Below are positions 54,915 through 64,000 of a stretch of 64,000 nt of DNA, in pieces. This DNA is from Eledone cirrhosa (lineage: Eukaryota): positions 218,178,001 through 218,242,000 of the forward strand of contig OZ024740.1 in the NCBI GenBank assembly GCA_964016885.1. The letters run 5' to 3'. Each line of letters begins with the position of its first letter. The stretch's first letter is position 1. The notes beneath the pieces are model-generated. The model was not told the origin of the DNA, did not search any database, and saw nothing but the letters and a program-made list of their open reading frames with translations. The translations under genes were made by a program, and so were the position numbers.

Positions 54915-54920
<6 letters not shown>
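52960..54920 (+). mobile_element. 5'-truncated Penelope-like retroelement with inverted upstream pseudo-LTR
   Basis: 52960-53404 mirrors 54529-54920. Hammerhead-like motif at 54720-54762(+) and 53119-53161(-). 3' end abuts (TA)n. Confidence 0.88.
53405..54581 (+). pseudogene. Penelope-like RT C-terminus, Cys-rich linker and GIY-YIG endonuclease
   Basis: RYV/DD (frameshifted, about 53458-53471), LPVLDTEL, YYAKP, CIDKKCIIC..CKTRNIIYSIRC, GETARSIGERLNEH, RQITEAI..PKLNRK. Confidence 0.88.
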
Positions 54921-54972
<52 letters not shown>

Positions 54973-54976
<4 letters not shown>

Positions 54977-55112
54977 CGAAGGAATAGTGGTAAGGAACCA
55001 GATGGACCATAACGCACCAAAGTACTCAATACTTAGGGTAGTAGAGTGGGTAATAGGAACAAGTATGACCCGGACGGCAGAACTCAAGCCGTTTCGACGG
55101 CTATTTCTGGAC

Positions 55113-55147
<35 letters not shown>

Positions 55148-55237
55148 ATTGTTTTGTTTTTTTTTGTTTTGTTTTTTCAGTCCAGAAATAGTCGTCGAAC
55201 AGCTTGAGCTCCGCTGTCGAGGTCATACTTGTTCCTT
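54973..55237. mobile_element. fold-back copy of family H around an (AAAT)n centre
   Basis: About 55054-55113 mirrors 55179-55237. Confidence 0.7.
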
Positions 55238-55251
55238 AATCTGTTATTTTA

Positions 55252-55372
<121 letters not shown>

Positions 55373-55728
55373 TTACGGCTATCATTCGATAAAAACTGAC
55401 ATAAAGTAACATTGGGAAGAATGATAAGTTGAAATATTTAGGATTTCGTTAGGGCAATGTGGCTGGGTTACGGATCTGCTACCTTCCAAGGATGAGAAAC
55501 AGTAGACCGAAGGCTGGAGCCAACCACAGAGCGGAAGTAGACGAGTGAACGATAGTCAAAGAAAGAAAGAGGGGTAACGCCACTATGAAGGAATTTAACT
55601 ATGTACACGACATACCAGATGATTGAGCACTCCATGTGACCGACAAGAAAAACGACAAACTTTTAGGATTTTTTTGCTTAGATACTTTTGCTTTTTTTGC
55701 TTTGACTGCATGCCCATATATGGACTGT

Positions 55729-55824
55729 ACCCCTTGATAAGTTCAACTAGATACCCGCAGTTCTAATACTGGTGGCTTAGTTCGGATCTAACTGTCGAAA
55801 CGGCCGGAGCTCAGCCGTCGGGAT
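55729..55824 (+). ncRNA. U3-A8 variant hammerhead of family H
   Basis: ACCCC-TTGATAA-G..C-GAA-ACGGC..GCCGT-C-GGGAT. Confidence 0.6.
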
Positions 55825-56134
55825 CCTGAATCTTTTCCTATATATATAGTAATAATAATAAATGTGAAGACTAAAATCCGAAGAGGGCTTTATAAGGATA
55901 ATATATATATAAAAATATATAAACCCATAGAGAAAGTATTAATCTGTTATTTTAATAAATATATATTTTAATATATATATATATATATAAGAATTGAAAT
56001 ACTAGCGTGTGTTGGAGTTAAACACACTCTTCGTATTATAGAAATGACAGTAAAGGTATAGCTCAATGTAATTAAACAGAGCCGAAGAATTATGAAAATA
56101 AACCAAAGAAGCCTTCAATACATCAAAAGTCTTT

Positions 56135-56180
56135 ATTAGCCAACAATGTTTCGTCCTATTAAGGACTCATCAGCGCAATT
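56135..56180 (-). ncRNA. hammerhead core with degraded stem I
   Basis: CTGATGA-GTCC.TTAATA.GGAC-GAAACATTGT. Confidence 0.55.
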
Positions 56181-56495
56181 AAAGCTATAAGAAGCACTAT
56201 CAGCCAATACAAGCCGAAAACTCAGAAGAATATGGAGTGTACATAGATTATATCATAGGAAAATAATCGGGTAAAAATGATCAAGTAAAAAATTATCAAG
56301 TGAAAATTGCTAAGGAAGTAAGTAACATTTTGAACCATATTACAAATATAGTCCAATGCAAAAACTAGAGCTAAAACAGAGGTGGTGATATAGAGCGGGA
56401 ATTATTGTACTATATATAATATAATATAATATAATATAATATAATATAATATAATATAATTAATAATGAAAATAATAATAATGTTAAAAGGCCCA

Positions 56496-56536
<41 letters not shown>

Positions 56537-56543
<7 letters not shown>

Positions 56544-59500
56544 TGGAATAAATGCTCTGAAATAGCGATATATATGTGAATATAGACATAGAATATTCGA
56601 AAATATTCTGTATGTTTATAATAAACATTTTGAAGACCTAATCGCTATAGAATAGAATACGTCACGTATTACAATTAGATTCTCGATAAAAGCAAGGGAA
56701 GTAATCTACGCGTTTCATTCTTATTAGAAATCTTCAGGACTACATATCCAGTGCTTTTATCGAGAATGACACAGCTAGAGACTTATAGAATACTTAGCTG
56801 TGTACAGGAACTGGTTTGAAAGAGCGGTTGCCGGTCCGGCAGAAATTAGAAATTGGAATAAATGCTCTGAAATAGCGATATATATGTGAATATAGACATA
56901 GAATATTCGAAAATATTCTGTATGTTTATAATAAACATTTTGAAGACCTAATCGCTATAGAATAGAATACGTCACGTATTACAATTAGATTCTCGATAAA
57001 AGCAAGGGAAGTAATCTACGCGTTTCATTCTTATTAGAAATCTTCAGGACTACATATCCAGTGCTTTTATCGAGAATGACACAGCTAGAGACTTATAGAA
57101 TACTTAGCTGTGTACAGGAACTGGTTTGAAAGAGCGGTTGCCGGTCCGGCAGAAATTAGAAATTGGAATAAATGCTCTGAAATAGCGATATATATGTGAA
57201 TATAGACATAGAATATTCGAAAATATTCTGTATGTTTATAATAAACATTTTGAAGACCTAATCGCTATAGAATAGAATACGTCACGTATTACAATTAGAT
57301 TCTCGATAAAAGCAAGGGAAGTAATCTACGCGTTTCATTCTTATTAGAAATCTTCAGGACTACATATCCAGTGATTTTAGCGAGAATGACACAGCTAGAG
57401 ACTTATATAATACTTAGCTGTGTACAGGAACTGGTTTGAAAGAGCGGTTGCCGGTCCGGCAGAAATTAGAAATTGGAATAAATGCTCTGAAATAGCGATA
57501 TATATGTGAATATAGACATAGAATATTCGAAAATATTCTGTATGTTTATAATAAACATTTTGAAGACCTAATCGCTATAGAATAGAATACGTCACGTATT
57601 ACAATTAGATTCTCGATAAAAGCAAGGGAAGTAATCTACGCGTTTCATTCTTATTAGAAATCTTCAGGACTACATATCCAGTGCTTTTATCGAGAATGAC
57701 ACAGCTAGAGACTTATAGAATACTTAGCTGTGTACAGGAACTGGTTTGAAAGAGCGGTTGCCGGTCCGGCAGAAATTAGAAATTGGAATAAATGCTCTGA
57801 AATAGCGATATATATGTGAATATAGACATAGAATATTCGAAAATATTCTGTATGTTTATAATAAACATTTTGAAGACCTAATCGCTATAGAATAGAATAC
57901 GTCACGTATTACAATTAGATTCTCGATAAAAGCAAGGGAAGTAATCTACGCGTTTCATTCTTATTAGAAATCTTCAGGACTACATATCCAGTGCTTTTAT
58001 CGAGAATGACACAGCTAGAGACTTATAGAATACTTAGCTGTGTACAGGAACTGGTTTGAAAGAGCGGTTGCCGGTCCGGCAGAAATTAGAAATTGGAATA
58101 AATGCTCTGAAATAGCGATATATATGTGAATATAGACATAGAATATTCGAAAATATTCTGTATGTTTATAATAAACATTTTGAAGACCTAATCGCTATAG
58201 AATAGAATACGTCACGTATTACAATTAGATTCTCGATAAAAGCAAGGGAAGTAATCTACGCGTTTCATTCTTATTAGAAATCTTCAGGACTACATATTCA
58301 GTGCTTTTATCGAGAATGACACAGCTAGAGACTTATAGAATACTTAGCTGTGTACAGGAACTGGTTTGAAAGAGCGGTTGCCGGTCCGGCAGAAATTAGA
58401 AATTGGAATAAATGCTCTGAAATAGCGATATATATGTGAATATAGACATAGAATATTCGAAAATATTCTGTATGTTTATAATAAACATTTTGAAGACCTA
58501 ATCGCTATAGAATAGAATACGTCACGTATTACAATTAGATTCTCGATAAAAGCAAGGGAAGTAATCTACGCGTTTCATTCTTATTAGAAATCTTCAGGAC
58601 TACATATCCAGTGCTTTTATCGAGAATGACACAGCTAGAGACTTATAGAATACTTAGCTGTGTACAGGAACTGGTTTGAAAGAGCGGTTGCCGGTCCGGC
58701 AGAAATTAGAAATTGGAATAAATGCTCTGAAATAGCGATATATATGTGAATATAGACATAGAATATTCGAAAATATTCTGTATGTTTATAATAAACATTT
58801 TGAAGACCTAATCGCTATAGAATAGAATACGTCACGTATTACAATTAGATTCTCGATAAAAGCAAGGGAAGTAATCTACGCGTTTCATTCTTATTAGAAA
58901 TCTTCAGGACTACATATCCAGTGCTTTTATCGAGAATGACACAGCTAGAGACTTATAGAATACTTAGCTGTGTACAGGAACTGGTTTGAAAGAGCGGTTG
59001 CCGGTCCGGCAGAAATTAGAAATTGGAATAAATGCTCTGAAATAGCGATATATATGTGAATATAGACATAGAATATTCGAAAATATTCTGTATGTTTATA
59101 ATAAACATTTTGAAGACCTAATCGCTATAGAATAGAATACGTCACGTATTACAATTAGATTCTCGATAAAAGCAAGGGAAGTAATCTACGCGTTTCATTC
59201 TTATTAGAAATCTTCAGGACTACATATCCAGTGCTTTTATCGAGAATGACACAGCTAGAGACTTATAGAATACTTAGCTGTGTACAGGAACTGGTTTGAA
59301 AGAGCGGTTGCCGGTCCGGCAGAAATTAGAAATTGGAATAAATGCTCTGAAATAGCGATATATATGTGAATATAGACATAGAATATTCGAAAATATTCTG
59401 TATGTTTATAATAAACATTTTGAAGACCTAATCGCTATAGAATAGAATACGTCACGTATTACAATTAGATTCTCGATAAAAGCAAGGGAAGTAATCTACG

Positions 59501-59593
59501 CGTTTCATTCTTATTAGAAATCTTCAGGACTACATATCCAGGAACTGGTTTGAAAGAGCGGTTGCCGGTCCGGCAGAAATTAGAAATTGGAAT
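56537..59593 (-). repeat. retrozyme-like tandem array, left arm: 10 x 310-bp units, hammerhead on - strand
   Basis: Period of exactly 310 (56541, 56851 ... 59331). Hammerhead at 56701-56743 + n*310. The tenth unit lacks 56 bp. Confidence 0.93.
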
Positions 59594-61279
59594 GAAACGC
59601 GTAGATTACTTCCCTTGCTTTTATCGAGAATCTAATTGTAATACGTGACGTATTCTATTCTATAGCGATTAGGTCTTCAAAATGTTTATTATAAACATAC
59701 AGAATATTTTCGAATATTCTATGTCTATATTCACATATATATCGCTATTTCAGAGCATTTATTCCAATTTCTAATTTCTGCCGGACCGGCAACCGCTCTT
59801 TCAAACCAGTTCCTGTACACAGCTAAGTATTCTATAAGTCTCTAGCTGTGTCATTCTCGATAAAAGCACTGGATATGTAGTCCTGAAGATTTCTAATAAG
59901 AATGAAACGCGTAGATTACTTCCCTTGCTTTTATCGAGAATCTAATTGTAATACGTGACGTATTCTATTCTATAGCGATTAGGTCTTCAAAATGTTTATT
60001 ATAAACATACAGAATATTTTCGAATATTCTATGTCTATATTCACATATATATCGCTATTTCAGAGCATTTATTCCAATTTCTAATTTCTGCCGGACCGGC
60101 AACCGCTCTTTCAAACCAGTTCCTGTACACAGCTAAGTATTCTATAAGTCTCTAGCTGTGTCATTCTCGATAAAAGCACTGGATATGTAGTCCTGAAGAT
60201 TTCTAATAAGAATGAAACGCGTAGATTACTTCCCTTGCTTTTATCGAGAATCTAATTGTAATACGTGACGTATTCTATTCTATAGCGATTAGGTCTTCAA
60301 AATGTTTATTATAAACATACAGAATATTTTCGAATATTCTATGTCTATATTCACATATATATCGCTATTTCAGAGCATTTATTCCAATTTCTAATTTCTG
60401 CCGGACCGGCAACCGCTCTTTCAAACCAGTTCCTGTACACAGCTAAGTATTCTATAAGTCTCTAGCTGTGTCATTCTCGATAAAAGCACTGGATATGTAG
60501 TCCTGAAGATTTCTAATAAGAATGAAACGCGTAGATTACTTCCCTTGCTTTTATCGAGAATCTAATTGTAATACGTGACGTATTCTATTCTATAGCGATT
60601 AGGTCTTCAAAATGTTTATTATAAACATACAGAATATTTTCGAATATTCTATGTCTATATTCACATATATATCGCTATTTCAGAGCATTTATTCCAATTT
60701 CTAATTTCTGCCGGACCGGCAACCGCTCTTTCAAACCAGTTCCTGTACACAGCTAAGTATTATATAAGTCTCTAGCTGTGTCATTCTCGATAAAAGCACT
60801 GGATATGTAGTCCTGAAGATTTCTAATAAGAATGAAACGCGTAGATTACTTCCCTTGCTTTTATCGAGAATCTAATTGTAATACGTGACGTATTCTATTC
60901 TATAGCGATTAGGTCTTCAAAATGTTTATTATAAACATACAGAATATTTTCGAATATTCTATGTCTATATTCACATATATATCGCTATTTCAGAGCATTT
61001 ATTCCAATTTCTAATTTCTGCCGGACCGGCAACCGCTCTTTCAAACCAGTTCCTGTACACAGCTAAGTATTCTATAAGTCTCTAGCTGTGTCATTCTCGA
61101 TAAAAGCACTGGATATGTAGTCCTGAAGATTTCTAATAAGAATGAAACGCGTAGATTACTTCCCTTGCTTTTATCGAGAATCTAATTGTAATACGTGACG
61201 TATTCTATTCTATAGCGATTAGGTCTTCAAAATGTTTATTATAAACATACAGAATATTTTCGAATATTCTATGTCTATA

Positions 61280-61283
<4 letters not shown>
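59590..61283 (+). repeat. retrozyme-like tandem array, right arm: about 5.5 inverted units, hammerhead on + strand
   Basis: GTAGTC-CTGAAGA-TTTC.TAATAA.GAAT-GAA-ACGCGT-A-GATTAC at 59877-59919 + n*310 (5 complete). Confidence 0.93.
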
Positions 61284-61317
<34 letters not shown>

Positions 61318-61330
61318 CATATAATATATG

Positions 61331-61382
<52 letters not shown>

Positions 61383-62157
61383 GTGGTGGGCAATATATTT
61401 ACTTACGCAACTTACACAAGCGATACCTACTGACGAATAAAATTGACCATTCTGGAAACCTCTCGCCCAGTATATTTATTGGAAGATATAAACATATTCA
61501 AATTATATATATATGTGTGTGTGTGCGTGCGTGTGTGTGTATGTGTGTGTGCGTGTGTGCGTGTGTGTGTGTGTATGTGTGTATGTGCGTGTGGTGTTTG
61601 TTGTAGGCATGTGTAGTGTATGTGCGTATATGTGCTGTGTGTGTGTTTTTGTGTAGCATGGGTTATCTAATAGACATATCTATGAAAACAGCTCTTTACA
61701 TTCAGTGAGTTTTGAGGTATTGATGATGCTGTAATAACCATCGAAGGTCCATTCTATTCTATTCCAAATGTTTCTATTCCCTTGGGGTAAAATGGCACAT
61801 TAAATTTCCATTTTCATTTGAAACTATAAAATTTCCTTTATATAGCAACACGAGAGTTTAATGGTTTTGTTCACAGTTCTGAAAAAACAAAAATGAAACA
61901 AACTATTCTTGATGTGTTGAGAATAAAAATGAAATTAGGGTGTAAGGTTTATATATGTGTGTGTGTGGAATCAATTTAAAGTAAATTGAATGAAAATGAT
62001 AAAAAAATCTCTAACCACATATTCCAGTGGTTTAAGCATAACAATTTGTTTCTGAAAAACAAATTTGTGGATGTTTTAAAACACAGAGGAAGCCTGCATG
62101 TAAACAAAAAATAAAAGAAGTTTTATTCAAGCTTTGTTAGATTTCAAAACAATTTAA

Positions 62158-64000
<1,843 letters not shown>

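Noticed and set aside
56537-61283. CRISPR array or plain satellite
   Set aside because: Whole units are identical with no unique spacers and no cas genes; the hammerhead argues against a featureless satellite.
61425-61475. Hammerhead at CTGACGA...GAAAC
   Set aside because: No convincing stems I-III.

Overview
AT-rich eukaryotic DNA that is dense in microsatellites. The repeat landscape resembles an invertebrate, probably cephalopod/octopus-like, genome (inference). No host gene is recognisable, and most listed ORFs are microsatellite artefacts. Recognisable elements are a near full-length R4/Dong-like RLE non-LTR retrotransposon with several 3' fragments, all inside (CATA)n; a decayed Tx1/L1-like LINE; two Tc1/mariner remnants; a hAT-type MITE; many tRNA-derived SINEs; and two Penelope-like (GIY-YIG) remnants. 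The main signal is a high density of type I hammerhead ribozyme motifs from about ten unrelated sequence families, most next to (TA)n tracts and many arranged as divergent inverted repeats. The clearest case is a 4.7 kb array of a 310-bp hammerhead-bearing unit (56537-61283) with 10 copies in one orientation and about 5.5 in the other. This looks like a retrozyme/Penelope-dependent system that inserts into self-complementary (TA)n from both strands. All structures were folded by eye and need computational and biochemical confirmation.
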